Assembly (NCBI GenBank): GCA_016213945.1
Contig: JACQZF010000001.1
Span: 5,831-69,830 of the forward strand
Origin: Nitrospirota bacterium
GTDB taxonomy: Bacteria > Nitrospirota > Thermodesulfovibrionia > UBA6902
Direction: 5' to 3'
Length of the DNA stretch: 64,000 nucleotides
How positions within the stretch are numbered: position 1 is the first letter of the stretch; each line of letters opens with the position of its first letter. The notes beneath the pieces are model-generated. The model worked only from the letters and a program-made list of their open reading frames with translations, made no database searches and was not told where the DNA came from. The position numbers were made by a program, and so were the translations under genes. This document shows, one piece after another, positions 1-9,694 of the stretch.

Positions 1-9
1 GAGGCAATT

Positions 10-273
10 ATGCTGTTTCTAATCTCAAGCGCGCCGGAAACAAAAGAATTCAAGACCGCATTCAACCTTGCAAAAGATATCAATGCTGATATCTGTCTTT
101 TGCAAAATGCCGTCTACGCTTCAAGAAATTCAAATGACAGCTCTTTATATGTTCTCCTTGACGAGCTGAAGCTCAGGGGAATTAATGAAAATGAAATATC
201 CGGCAAGCCGATAGACTACGGCAGGCTGATAGATTTAATGACTGAGACGGACAAGGTAGTGGGATTTTTTTAG
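10..273 (+). CDS. DsrH/TusB-like small sulfur-relay protein (87 aa)
   Basis: Size and composition resemble the DsrH/TusB family. It sits next to an SQR-like gene and a DsrE-like gene. A GAGG motif lies upstream of the ATG at 10. Assignment by family resemblance only. Confidence 0.4.
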   Translation: MLFLISSAPETKEFKTAFNLAKDINADICLLQNAVYASRNSNDSSLYVLLDELKLRGINENEISGKPIDYGRLIDLMTETDKVVGFF

Positions 274-300
274 AAACAATCATTTATCAGGGAGGGTAGG

Positions 301-1512
301 ATGAAGGCACATCATCAAATCTTAATTGTTGGAGGCGGCAACGCAGGCATTTCTGTTGCCGCGCAGCTTCTGCGTCAAAACTCAAAGCTGGATATAGCCA
401 TAGTAGAACCGTCCGAAAAACATTATTATCAGCCGGGCTGGACGCTTGTGGGTGGAGGTGTTTTTGACATTAACAGCACCGTGCGGAGTGAAGCCGATTA
501 TATACCTGCAAATGTAAAGTGGATCAAAGACAACGCTGACAAGTTTGAGCCGGAAAGCAACACGCTGATAACCGGGTCAGGCGGACGGATAACTTACGAT
601 TACATGGTCGTCTGCTGCGGCGCCCAGCTTAAGTGGGACGCAGCAAAAGGCTTGCGCGAGTCATTAGGCAAAAACGGCGTCTGCTCGATTTACAGCTTTA
701 ATACCGCCCCTTATACTTACGAATGCATTAAGAATTTCAACGGCGGCAAGGTAGTGTTTACACAGCCCGGCGGATTCAATAAATGCGGCGGCGCGCCTCA
801 GAAAATAATGTATCTCGCCGCGGATAATTTCAGGAAAAGAGGCATATTAGATAAAGCCGATATATCTTTCTTCACAGGTAAACCCGGGCTTCTGCGCGTT
901 AAGGAAATTAACGAACTCCTTCTGAAAGTAGTCAAGCGTTATAGCATCAAAGTTACCTATCAGGCGACCTTGAAAGAAGTCAGCGGCGAAACCAAAGAGG
1001 CGGTCTTTGAAGTCGTTAAGGGTGACAGTAAAGAGCAGGTGACCGCGCAGTATGATATGCTCCACGTATCTCCTATGGCTGCAGCCCCCGACTTTATCAA
1101 AAACAGCCCCCTCGCAGTCAAAGATGATCCGTTCGGATGGATTGATATTGACAAAGTCACAATGCAGCATAACAGGTACAAAAATGTATTCAGTCTCGGT
1201 GATGTTTCAAACGCAGGCGATACAAAGACAGGAGCCGCAGTGCACAAGCAGGCCCCTGTTGTGGTGACAAATCTGCTCTCTGCCATTGAGCGAAAATCCC
1301 TTACCGATCTGCCGGCCAAATATAACGGCTATACATCCTGCCCGCTTATCACGGGATACGGCAAATTAGTGCTGGCGGAATTTGACCATGACAACAAATT
1401 CCTGCCCACTTTCCCTTTGGAGCCGGCCAAAGAACGATACAGCATGTGGTTGTTGATCAAATACTTAATGCCGTGGTTCTACTGGAACAGAATCCTGAAG
1501 GGGAAATCGTAG
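301..1512 (+). CDS. FAD-dependent sulfide:quinone oxidoreductase-type flavoprotein (SQR/FCSD family)
   Basis: N-terminal dinucleotide-binding motif ILIVGGGNAGISVA. About 400 aa. Conserved Cys-containing segments (VVCCGAQL, KCGGAPQK) typical of the SQR / flavocytochrome c sulfide dehydrogenase flavoprotein family. RBS GGAGGG upstream. Confidence 0.6.
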   Translation: MKAHHQILIVGGGNAGISVAAQLLRQNSKLDIAIVEPSEKHYYQPGWTLVGGGVFDINSTVRSEADYIPANVKWIKDNADKFEPESNTLITGSGGRITYDYMVVCCGAQLKWDAAKGLRESLGKNGVCSIYSFNTAPYTYECIKNFNGGKVVFTQPGGFNKCGGAPQKIMYLAADNFRKRGILDKADISFFTGKPGLLRVKEINELLLKVVKRYSIKVTYQATLKEVSGETKEAVFEVVKGDSKEQVTAQYDMLHVSPMAAAPDFIKNSPLAVKDDPFGWIDIDKVTMQHNRYKNVFSLGDVSNAGDTKTGAAVHKQAPVVVTNLLSAIERKSLTDLPAKYNGYTSCPLITGYGKLVLAEFDHDNKFLPTFPLEPAKERYSMWLLIKYLMPWFYWNRILKGKS

Positions 1513-1609
1513 CATGAAGTGACGAGTGACGCGTAATGAGTAACGCGAAAACTGAAAAAGACCATTACGTATTTTACTCGCAGCCATTCACTCGGTACTA
1601 ACTTATAAT

Positions 1610-2398
1610 ATGGACATCCATTTTCTGACGACTCTCATCTTTCTCGGTCTCGGCGGCGGTTTTCTCTCCGGCCTCCTCGGACTTGGCGGAGCCATCTTCA
1701 TGATCCCGTTGCTTCTCTACGTCCCTCCGCTTTTGGGAGTCGGGCATCTTGATATGAAGCAGGTGGCGGCAATAAGTATGGTGCAGGTCCTCTTCGCATC
1801 TCTGACGGGACTTATTGTCCATAATAAAAACCGTTTTGTCAGCAAGTCGCTTCTTTTGTACATGGGAATATGTAATGCCATCGGCAACCTCGCAGGGTCC
1901 CTGTTCTCCAAGTACGCAAAGAGCGCATTCCTGCTGGCGATATTTGCTACGATGGCTGTGATCGCATCAATAGTCATGTTCATCCCGAAACGCGAACAGG
2001 GTGAAAAAATCTCTCCCGATGAGGTCCGGTATAACAAACCGCTGGCGATGTTCATGAGCCTTTTGATAGGCACTTTCGGAGGAATGGTCGGCGCTCCCGG
2101 CGCATTCATTTATATTCCCGTGATGATTTACCTGCTGAATATTCCTACACGCATCGTTATCGGCAGCACACTGGGCATTGTTTTCATGGGCGCGATCATG
2201 GGCACCATCGGCAAGATGGCTACAGGACAAATAATTTGGCCGTATGCATTTGCCCTTGTTATCGGCACAATACCAGGGGCCAGGGTTGGCGGGAACGTCA
2301 GCAAAAAAATCAGTACAAAATATCTGCGTCTTGCCATCGCAGTAATAATTGCAATAACCGGGATCAGGATGTGGTACCAGGTAGTGACTGGAAATTAA
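1610..2398 (+). CDS. TauE/SafE family sulfite/anion exporter (membrane protein)
   Basis: Very hydrophobic, with repeated GLGGG / GxxGAxG motifs (LGLGGGFLSGLLGLGGAIFMIPLL) diagnostic of the TauE/SafE (DUF81) family. Confidence 0.7.
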   Translation: MDIHFLTTLIFLGLGGGFLSGLLGLGGAIFMIPLLLYVPPLLGVGHLDMKQVAAISMVQVLFASLTGLIVHNKNRFVSKSLLLYMGICNAIGNLAGSLFSKYAKSAFLLAIFATMAVIASIVMFIPKREQGEKISPDEVRYNKPLAMFMSLLIGTFGGMVGAPGAFIYIPVMIYLLNIPTRIVIGSTLGIVFMGAIMGTIGKMATGQIIWPYAFALVIGTIPGARVGGNVSKKISTKYLRLAIAVIIAITGIRMWYQVVTGN

Positions 2399-2428
2399 TT
2401 TCTTTAAAACAATAAAGGATGGAAGAAA

Positions 2429-2851
2429 ATGGAAAAAATTGCTAAAAATGTTTCTGTAATGTGTTTCCATGATGAACTGTGTCAGGTTTACAATGCGCTT
2501 ATGACTGCATACAGTCTCTTGAAAGAGGGGGCCAAAGTCACAATATTTTTTGGGTCGCGCGGGGTCAACGCCCTTCATAAGGACAAGGTGAACAAGCTTG
2601 TTTGTTTGCCGGACCAGCCAAAAGAGGAAAGCGATGCCGTTATGAAAAGGATGGAGGATATGAACCTCCCTACGGCTGAAGATCTGCTTTTCATGCTCTA
2701 CAAGGAAGGAGCAAGGTTACTGGCCTGTCCCTTGAACGTCCCTCTTTTTGGCATGACTAAAAAAGATTTTGTTGATGGTGTTGAGGTAGCTGACCCCGCA
2801 ACATATTATAAGGAAGTTGTTATAAAAGCAGATATGAACCTGACGTTTTGA
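2429..2851 (+). CDS. DsrE/DsrF-like family protein (putative sulfur-carrier/sulfurtransferase)
   Basis: 140 aa with a KVTIFFGSRGVNAL segment resembling the DsrE/YchN fold family. Sits in the sulfur cluster context. RBS GGATGGAAG upstream. Confidence 0.4.
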   Translation: MEKIAKNVSVMCFHDELCQVYNALMTAYSLLKEGAKVTIFFGSRGVNALHKDKVNKLVCLPDQPKEESDAVMKRMEDMNLPTAEDLLFMLYKEGARLLACPLNVPLFGMTKKDFVDGVEVADPATYYKEVVIKADMNLTF

Positions 2852-2908
2852 TTGAGTCTGGACCGACCTTGTATTGAGGTTTTTTAAAAAAGTATATAAA
2901 ATTTCGCC

Positions 2909-3235
2909 ATGAGCAAGAAACTTTTTGAGATACATGCCGATATATGCAAGACACTGGGAAACGCCAAGAGGATAGAGATCCTCAGCGTACTTGAGAGCAA
3001 GGAGCTGAGTGTCGGCGAGATTGCCGACAGACTCGGCATATCAACTTCAAATGTCTCACAGCATCTTGCGGTCATGAAACAAAAAGGCATTCTTGTATCA
3101 AGGAGAGACAAAAACAATATTTTCTATAGGGTCTCAAATGAAAAAGTAATCACCGCATGCGGTCTGATGAGGGAAGTGCTGCTCGATAAATTTCAGGAAG
3201 GACATAAGATGGTCAGAAAGCTTGCAAAAAAGTAA
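2909..3235 (+). CDS. ArsR/SmtB family transcriptional regulator
   Basis: Winged-HTH ArsR signature: ILSVLESKELSVGEIADRLGISTSNVSQHLAVMKQKGILVSRRDKNNIFYRV. Confidence 0.8.
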   Translation: MSKKLFEIHADICKTLGNAKRIEILSVLESKELSVGEIADRLGISTSNVSQHLAVMKQKGILVSRRDKNNIFYRVSNEKVITACGLMREVLLDKFQEGHKMVRKLAKK

Positions 3236-3301
3236 TATTTTTTTATCTGGTACTTGCAGACTTTAGAATATTCTTGACTTATAATACATCAGCGCGTCGA
3301 T

Positions 3302-3360
3302 GTCACTCCCGCTTGTCGGGAGTCTTTCCGAGAAAATGATTCCGGACAAGCCGGAATGAC
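3302..3360. repeat. MITE/REP-like double-hairpin repeat, family R1, copy 1
   Basis: GTCACTCCCGCTTGTCGGGAGTC ... GATTCCGGACAAGCCGGAATGAC: two about 23-nt hairpins whose loops (CTTGT / ACAAG) are reverse complements. Related copies lie at 29453, 31777 and 61585. Confidence 0.7.
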
Positions 3361-3386
3361 AGAAAGAGAAGTGGAGGAAACAGAAA

Positions 3387-5705
3387 ATGCGTAAATTTTC
3401 ACTTGTTGAATTCTCCGTGAATCACCCTAAGCTGGTCGTATTGCTGACTATCATCGTTACCCTCGTCTCTATGACCCAGTTCACGAAGATCAGGACTGAT
3501 ACCAACCCCAAGCACATGCTGCCGGAGACGTCTGAAGTAAGGTTATGGAATGACGACGTGGATAAGGCCTTCAGTCTCTATGAAGACATGATAGTGGTCG
3601 GGATAGAGAATGAAAAAGGCGTTCTAAATAAGGACACTCTCGGCAAGATCATCAGGATTACTGATGAGATACTGAAAATTAAAGGCGTTGCAACAAGGGA
3701 CGTCAACAGCTTCCCCACCATTACTAATGTATCGGCGGAGGAAAGCGCCTTGAAGGTGGCGCCGCTTATGACCGAAGTTCCGAAAGATGACACAGAGATG
3801 CAGAGGCTCCGGAAAATGCTCTTTGAAAATCCGCTTTTTATAAACCGCATTATCTCAAAAGACGGGAAGACCACGGCAATCTACATTCCGCTCGAAAAAG
3901 GGGCAAACGGCAAAGAGATAGCGGACAAGATAAGAGAGATAGTGAGTAAAGAAAAGGGCGATGAGAAATATTATATCGCAGGCGACCCTGTCGCAAGGGA
4001 CACCTTCGGAGTGGAAATGTTCAAGCTCATGGCAGTCTTCGCGCCTATAGCAGGGATGATCATGCTTATTGTCCGGTATCTTATGTTCAGGGACATTTTC
4101 CTGTCTGTCACCCTGATGATGGACGCTATGGTGAGCATTGTCTGGAGCATGGGTCTTTTATTGGCTCTTGGATTTCCTGTTCATATCATGACTTCGATGG
4201 CCCCCGTATTTTTGATGGCGATTGCTACGGACAGCATACATATCTTCAACGAATTTTACTTCCGCTGCAGAGAGAAAACAGACAAGAAGACTGCAATAAT
4301 CGAGACGATGCATGCAGTGGGCCGTCCCGTGCGTTATACCGCGCTTGCGACTGCGGTGGGATTCGGTGTGCTTTTATTCATGCACATAATCCCGGTCAAG
4401 GTTTTTGGAGGAATGGTTGCATTCGGCACGGTTGCCCTGAGAATTCTAAGCTTCAGCTTCATACCCGCGATGTTTACCTTTGTGAAAGACGAACATATAG
4501 AGAAGGCGTCCAGGTCTGAAGATGCTGAATCGGGCAGGACGTCACAGTTCCTGAAGAAGCTTGCCGGCTTCGGAGCGCACAAGCCGAAGACCACTGTCTT
4601 TATCGGCCTGATATTTTTTGTGCTGGCAATCATAGGTATAACAAAAACAGTTGTTAACAATAATATGGTCGAGTGGTTCAAGAGGGACAGCGAAGTACGT
4701 GTTGCCGATACGGTCATGAATCAGGCCCTCGGCGGCACATCCCTTGGCTATGTTGTGGCTATTTCAGAAACTGAAGATTTCATAAAGACACCTGAGGCCA
4801 TGCGGTATATAGAGGGACTTCAGAGGCACATTGAGAAACTTCCAGTAGTCGGGAAGACGTCTTCGGTTGTTGATTACGTGAAAAGGATAAACCGTGTACT
4901 CCATGACAATGATCCCAAATATGATGTTGTGCCTGAAACAAAAGACACGATAGGTCAATATTTATTTTTGTTCTCAATGTCAGCAAAACCCACTGATCTG
5001 GATAATGTCGTTGATTACCCGTTCAAGAAGGCGAATATCTGGGTGCAGTTAAAGACATGGGATGCGCAGGCAATGAGGGATGTGATAAAGGCGGTGGATG
5101 AATACAAAATATCCAATCCGATACAGATGGAACTCAGACCCGCAGGCATTGCCTATTTCAATCTTATCTGGAACGATGAAGTGCTTTCGGACATGATAAA
5201 AGGCTTTATAATTGCGCTGATTGTGGTCTTTGTCATCCTCGTCTTTAACTTCCACTCCGTGAAATGGGCGATAGTGGGCTACACGCCGCTGCTTTTTACA
5301 ATCCTTCTCATCTATGGGGTCGTGGGATTTATCGGCAAAGACTTTGATATGCCAATAGCCGTGCTTTCTTGCCTGTCGCTCGGCATGGCAGTGGACTTTG
5401 CGATCCATTTCATAAGCAGGTTTAAACAAAGAGTGAAGGAACAAGAAGATGCAGGGGTGCCCGCTTCCATCACTGATGCATTACTCTGGACTGCCGCGCG
5501 TCCCGGCAAGGGGATAATGCGCAATGCGGTGCTTTTTGCATCGGCGTTTTCCGTGATGCTCTTTGCGCCATTAACACCGTACATCACTGTGGGCGCGTTT
5601 ATTGTCAGCATGATGCTGCTCAGCGCAGTAATGACAATAATCTTTCTGCCTGCGCTGATAATGCTGTTGCAGGGATGGTTGTTTAAATGTAATAAATGTT
5701 TGTAA
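3387..5705 (+). CDS. MMPL/RND superfamily exporter (12-TM, two large periplasmic loops)
   Basis: 772 aa. Two hydrophobic 6-TM bundles (about 190-390 and about 600-760), each preceded by a large soluble domain, as in the MMPL/HpnN/RND architecture. RBS GGAGGAAACAGAAAATG. Confidence 0.7.
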   Translation: MRKFSLVEFSVNHPKLVVLLTIIVTLVSMTQFTKIRTDTNPKHMLPETSEVRLWNDDVDKAFSLYEDMIVVGIENEKGVLNKDTLGKIIRITDEILKIKGVATRDVNSFPTITNVSAEESALKVAPLMTEVPKDDTEMQRLRKMLFENPLFINRIISKDGKTTAIYIPLEKGANGKEIADKIREIVSKEKGDEKYYIAGDPVARDTFGVEMFKLMAVFAPIAGMIMLIVRYLMFRDIFLSVTLMMDAMVSIVWSMGLLLALGFPVHIMTSMAPVFLMAIATDSIHIFNEFYFRCREKTDKKTAIIETMHAVGRPVRYTALATAVGFGVLLFMHIIPVKVFGGMVAFGTVALRILSFSFIPAMFTFVKDEHIEKASRSEDAESGRTSQFLKKLAGFGAHKPKTTVFIGLIFFVLAIIGITKTVVNNNMVEWFKRDSEVRVADTVMNQALGGTSLGYVVAISETEDFIKTPEAMRYIEGLQRHIEKLPVVGKTSSVVDYVKRINRVLHDNDPKYDVVPETKDTIGQYLFLFSMSAKPTDLDNVVDYPFKKANIWVQLKTWDAQAMRDVIKAVDEYKISNPIQMELRPAGIAYFNLIWNDEVLSDMIKGFIIALIVVFVILVFNFHSVKWAIVGYTPLLFTILLIYGVVGFIGKDFDMPIAVLSCLSLGMAVDFAIHFISRFKQRVKEQEDAGVPASITDALLWTAARPGKGIMRNAVLFASAFSVMLFAPLTPYITVGAFIVSMMLLSAVMTIIFLPALIMLLQGWLFKCNKCL

Positions 5706-5732
5706 ATATAAAAAACTTTGGAGGTGAGAGGA

Positions 5733-6242
5733 ATGAAAAAAGCAATAGTTCTGATTTTAAGTATCTTCGTAATCATCACGGCTCTGCCCGCACTTGCAGA
5801 GGACGACCTGGCAAAGAAAATGTCCGGGGTGCTCATGAAAGCGCCTGAGGACGGCGGCTGGCAGGTGACTTCCGATGAAGTCTACATGTGGATTAAGACC
5901 GGAAAGACGGACTTCATGGTTTTGGATGTAAGACCTGGTGTTGATGAATACAATGCAGGGCATATCCCTTCGGCAGTGCATATGCCGTATTACACGGTCC
6001 TGAATCCGGAGAATCTGTCAAAGCTTCCGAAGGTCAAAAAGCTCGTGCTTGCGTGCGCCACAGGACAGCTTGAAAATCTTCCGGTAGTAGGCTTGAGGAT
6101 GCTGGGATACGAGGCGTATACGCTTCTCTTCGGCTATGTCTCATGGATCAAAGATTATCCCGCCGGAGATGCAATTAAAAGCATAGTAGACAAAGCGGCT
6201 GCTAAAAATTATCCAATTGAACAGACAGGAGGTATGAAATGA
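5733..6242 (+). CDS. Periplasmic rhodanese-domain sulfurtransferase
   Basis: Signal peptide MKKAIVLILSIFVIITALPALA. Rhodanese fold motifs VLDVRPGVDEYNAGHIPSAVHMP and active-site loop LACATGQ. Start moved to the ATG at 5733, which follows GGAGGTGAGAGG. Confidence 0.8.
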   Translation: MKKAIVLILSIFVIITALPALAEDDLAKKMSGVLMKAPEDGGWQVTSDEVYMWIKTGKTDFMVLDVRPGVDEYNAGHIPSAVHMPYYTVLNPENLSKLPKVKKLVLACATGQLENLPVVGLRMLGYEAYTLLFGYVSWIKDYPAGDAIKSIVDKAAAKNYPIEQTGGMK

Positions 6243-6763
6243 AAGCAAGTTTAACAACAACAGATAACTTAAAAATCCCCCTTAATCCCCCTTTTTCAAA
6301 GGGGGAGATACGTCATGTCCCCCTCTTTGGAAAAGAGGGATCAGGGGAGATTTTAAAATGGATTGCAGTTCTATTGATAACAGTCTCCTTTTTATTTCCA
6401 CTAATCTCAATTGCTGCTGCCGCAGAAAAAGGCACAGAAGAAGAATTAAAAGAACGGATAGCGATAACGAACAAGAAACGTGTCACTCCAAAGGAGATAA
6501 AAAGGTTCACAGATCAGGTCAAAGCCTATTTCTTTGAAACGGTGCCGGATGACGTTATCGAGAGCGCGATGAAAGAACTCACACCCGGAGAGGCGCTCGC
6601 GGCGATTGTCATCACAAACCTTTCCAAAAAGCCCGGCAAGGACATCATAAAAATGAAAAAAGACGGAAAAAGCTGGACCGAAATCGTCAATGCTTCCGGT
6701 TTGAAGATGAAAGACGTGGTGAAAGAGGTCAAGGAATTCCAGAAGACATCAGGCTGCGCATAA
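6239..6763 (+). CDS. Hypothetical secreted protein; 5' end uncertain (overlaps repeat R2)
   Basis: Hydrophobic signal-like segment WIAVLLITVSFLFPLISIAAAAEK followed by a charged, Lys-rich soluble domain. The first about 40 codons of the tracked ORF translate the palindromic repeat, so the true start is probably downstream. Confidence 0.35.
   Translation: MKASLTTTDNLKIPLNPPFSKGEIRHVPLFGKEGSGEILKWIAVLLITVSFLFPLISIAAAAEKGTEEELKERIAITNKKRVTPKEIKRFTDQVKAYFFETVPDDVIESAMKELTPGEALAAIVITNLSKKPGKDIIKMKKDGKSWTEIVNASGLKMKDVVKEVKEFQKTSGCA
6271..6358. repeat. G/C-rich palindromic repeat, family R2, copy A
   Basis: AAAATCCCCCTTAATCCCCCTTTTTCAAAGGGGGAG...CCCCCTCTTTGGAAAAGAGGGATCAGGGGAGATTTTAAAA. Near-identical copy at 33392..33459. 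Overlaps the 5' end of ORF 6239..6763. Confidence 0.75.
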
Positions 6764-6772
6764 GGAGGCTGC

Positions 6773-8158
6773 ATGAAAAATATTTTTACAAAACCGTGGT
6801 CGTTCGTGTGGGGCGGGTTCATGGTCGGCCTTGCACAGGTGATTTACTTTCTTAAATATGAGACACCGATACCTATTACTACGGGCCTTGCAAAGATGTT
6901 CGGCTCCATCGAGGAGAATATTACAAAGACCGACTATATTACAAGATTATATGACGCTGATATTCACTGGATCATAATCGGTATCCTGCTTGGAGCGTTC
7001 CTTGTCGCAATACTTGAGAGGGAGCACAAGGCGTGGGCGAAATATCCTCCCCGTGTTGCCCTGCTTGCATTCATAGGCGGGGCGACATTCGGACTCGGCA
7101 CAAGGCTTGCGCAGGGATGCACTACATGGCACTATTTAGGCGGCATCCCGGCCATGAGTCTTACGTCTATTGTAGTGGCTCTTGTAAGTATTCCGTTTGC
7201 ATTTCTTGCATTTATGCTGATGACAAAACTCGATGCAGGCGGATACTTAAAGCACCACGAAAAACACGCTACAGTCAAACACTGTGTTGAACTGGAATAC
7301 CCGCATGACACGCTGTGTTATGACCCCAAATATAAACCGGGCAAAGACCCTCTGAGAATAATACTGACTGCGTTCCTGTTCCTGCTGCTGGCGTCAGCCT
7401 TCTACACGGCATTTACAGGAGAGTCCACAGAGGGCATCAGCCGCTTGCCGTGGACAGAGATACTTCTCAAGACATTCATCGGTGTCCTGCTTGGCTTTGG
7501 CATCGGGAAAACCGGCTTCGGCACGGAATGCGCCGTTATGGCGCCCCACTCCCTTCACATGTCACAAAAACATTTCGATTCCATGAAGGTCGCAAAGATA
7601 ACGCAGACCATGTTTACAGGGCTCCTGCCCTTTACCGCGCTGCTTGTGGCTATACTCATGTTCAATATAACGATACTCGTTACGTGGATATTCTTCGGAT
7701 GGGACATTCCGGTTGTTGTTGAATCAGGCAGATACAAGTGGGGGTTTCATCTCGGGCATCTTGTCGGCGGGCCGCTGTTAGGCATAGGCGCGGTCCTCAT
7801 GATCGGCTGCGAGATAAGGTCCTACGCCCGGACAGCTATGGGTTATCTTACAGGGCTGGCTTCGCTTCCGGGTTTTTTCTTCGGATATCTGCCGTTCACA
7901 CTTTACAAGCCGCAGTTTGAACAGGTTTTTTTCTCCAAAGGTTTTATGGAGGCCAAGAATATCCTTGAGCTCTTACCGGAGAATCCGTATATCCAATATG
8001 GTTTTGCATGCTGTTATACCGGGGTCCTCGCAGCGCTTCTCGTGTGGGCGATCAGAAAAGGCTCTCAGATGACAAAAGTAACTCCCAAAGAGTATCTTAC
8101 AGAATCCACAGACGAGATATTCTTGAAAGGACTTAAAACTAAAAATCAGGAGGGATGA
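6773..8158 (+). CDS. YeeE/YedE-family membrane protein (putative thiosulfate/sulfur-compound transporter)
   Basis: Polytopic membrane protein with repeated Gly-rich, Cys-containing loops (GGATFGLGTRLAQGCTTWHYLGG; GGPLLGIGAVLMIGCEIRS; GKTGFGTECAV) like the YeeE/YedE repeat motifs. Neighbours are rhodanese and sulfur genes. Confidence 0.55.
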   Translation: MKNIFTKPWSFVWGGFMVGLAQVIYFLKYETPIPITTGLAKMFGSIEENITKTDYITRLYDADIHWIIIGILLGAFLVAILEREHKAWAKYPPRVALLAFIGGATFGLGTRLAQGCTTWHYLGGIPAMSLTSIVVALVSIPFAFLAFMLMTKLDAGGYLKHHEKHATVKHCVELEYPHDTLCYDPKYKPGKDPLRIILTAFLFLLLASAFYTAFTGESTEGISRLPWTEILLKTFIGVLLGFGIGKTGFGTECAVMAPHSLHMSQKHFDSMKVAKITQTMFTGLLPFTALLVAILMFNITILVTWIFFGWDIPVVVESGRYKWGFHLGHLVGGPLLGIGAVLMIGCEIRSYARTAMGYLTGLASLPGFFFGYLPFTLYKPQFEQVFFSKGFMEAKNILELLPENPYIQYGFACCYTGVLAALLVWAIRKGSQMTKVTPKEYLTESTDEIFLKGLKTKNQEG

Positions 8159-8997
8159 TACAGATGAAAGAATTCAAGATTCAAAATTTAATATTCAAAA
8201 TTATGGTTGTCTTTCCCATTTGCTCTATGCTCTTTGCCCTTTGCTTACCTCTTTCTGCAGACGCCCTTACCGCTGAAGAAGTCGTCAAAAAATCCCAGGA
8301 GGCGTTCTTCTACCAGGGAAAGGACTTCAAAGCGCGGGTAATGATGAAGCTTATAAGCAAAAGCGGACAGGAGAGAGTTCGTGAACTCACCATGCTGAGA
8401 AAAAATTACGGCGCATCCGGCGGCGAGCAGAAGTATTTCATGTATTTCTATCAGCCTGCCGACGTGAAGGACATGACGTTCATGGTTTATAAATATCCGG
8501 CGAAGGACGATGACAGATGGCTATTTGTGCCTGCGATCAATATGGTGCGCAGGATTGCCGCGCAGGACAAAAGCTCAAGCTTTGTAGGATCTGATTTCAC
8601 ATACGAGGACGTTTCCGGCAGGGATATAGAAGACGATACCCATGAAATTGTAAAGGAAGAAAAACTCGGCGCAAATGATTGCTTCGTAATAAAGAGCGCT
8701 CCAAAGAAAGCTGATGTTGATTACAGCTATAAGCTTTCATGGATTGACAAGGGCAATTTCCTGCCTTTGAAAGATGAGTACTATGACAAAAAAGGCGGGC
8801 TCTACAGGGTATTCAGCGGTGAGGAAATCAAAGACGTGAAAGGTTTTCCTACTGTAACAAAGAGGACCATGAAAAACCTCTCGAGCGGCCACAGGACTGA
8901 GGTAACATATGTTAAAGCAGATTACAACATCAACATAGAGGATAATCTTTTCAGCGAACGCTTTCTCAAACAGCCGCCGAGAAAGTGGATAGAGTGA
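8155..8997 (+). CDS. Outer-membrane lipoprotein-sorting (LolA-like / DUF1329-type) periplasmic protein
   Basis: Signal peptide, about 280 aa. Its composition resembles LolA-fold partners of MMPL/RND exporters. Translationally coupled (ATGA overlap) to the upstream gene. Confidence 0.55.
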   Translation: MIQMKEFKIQNLIFKIMVVFPICSMLFALCLPLSADALTAEEVVKKSQEAFFYQGKDFKARVMMKLISKSGQERVRELTMLRKNYGASGGEQKYFMYFYQPADVKDMTFMVYKYPAKDDDRWLFVPAINMVRRIAAQDKSSSFVGSDFTYEDVSGRDIEDDTHEIVKEEKLGANDCFVIKSAPKKADVDYSYKLSWIDKGNFLPLKDEYYDKKGGLYRVFSGEEIKDVKGFPTVTKRTMKNLSSGHRTEVTYVKADYNINIEDNLFSERFLKQPPRKWIE

Positions 8998-9644
8998 GAT
9001 CTGTTGTTGAAGCCTTTGACCATCTTGCAGAAGATTATGACAAATGGTTCGATGCCCCCGAAGGGAAAATACTTTTTGATGCAGAGATCGAGGCAGTAAA
9101 GCTTCTTATGAAAGATATTTCGAAGCCATTCATTGAGATCGGGGTAGGAACAGGGAGATTTGCAAAGGCATTGGGAATTGAGTTTGGCATTGACCCTTCT
9201 CAAGAGGTTTTGAAAATAGCAGAAAAGCGCGGGATAAAGGTGAAGATGGCAACGGGCGAGAAACTGCCTTTTGAAGATGAATCCTTCGGCGGCGTATTTA
9301 TACTTTTTACGCTGTGTTTTGTGGAAAACCCTCAAAAGGTGATTTCCGAGGCCAAAAGAGTCTTAAAGAAAGCTGGAGGACTGATTGTTGGGATAATTAA
9401 TAGAGAAAGCCAGTGGGGTAAATTCTATCAGAGAAAAAAGAACGACGGACATCCTATTTATAAACATGCAATGTTTTATAGCGTCAGTGAGGTTAAAGAA
9501 ATAATAGAAAAGGCAGGCTTGAGTGTTGAGGCGTATTCATCAACATTATGTCAGCCACCATCGGAAAAGCCTGTGAAAGAGATTGTAAATAATAAATTGG
9601 TACATGATGCAGGTTTTATTTGTATCCGGGCAAAAAAACTTTAA
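8985..9644 (+). CDS. Class I SAM-dependent methyltransferase
   Basis: Motif I IEIGVGTGRFAKALG; acidic loop FEDESFGGVFI. GTG start overlapping the upstream stop. Confidence 0.7.
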   Translation: MDRVRSVVEAFDHLAEDYDKWFDAPEGKILFDAEIEAVKLLMKDISKPFIEIGVGTGRFAKALGIEFGIDPSQEVLKIAEKRGIKVKMATGEKLPFEDESFGGVFILFTLCFVENPQKVISEAKRVLKKAGGLIVGIINRESQWGKFYQRKKNDGHPIYKHAMFYSVSEVKEIIEKAGLSVEAYSSTLCQPPSEKPVKEIVNNKLVHDAGFICIRAKKL

Positions 9645-9694
9645 TATTCCCTTCTGTGAGGGAGAATAAAAAAAAATCAAAGGAGGACACTAAC

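Noticed and set aside
847-2578. Multiple antisense or alternative-frame ORFs inside the SQR, TauE and DsrE-like genes (for example 847..1170-, 960..1319-, 1717..2109-, 1967..2578-)
   Set aside because: They are fully embedded in longer ORFs that have clear family signatures. They have no RBS and low-complexity translations. Treated as frame shadows.
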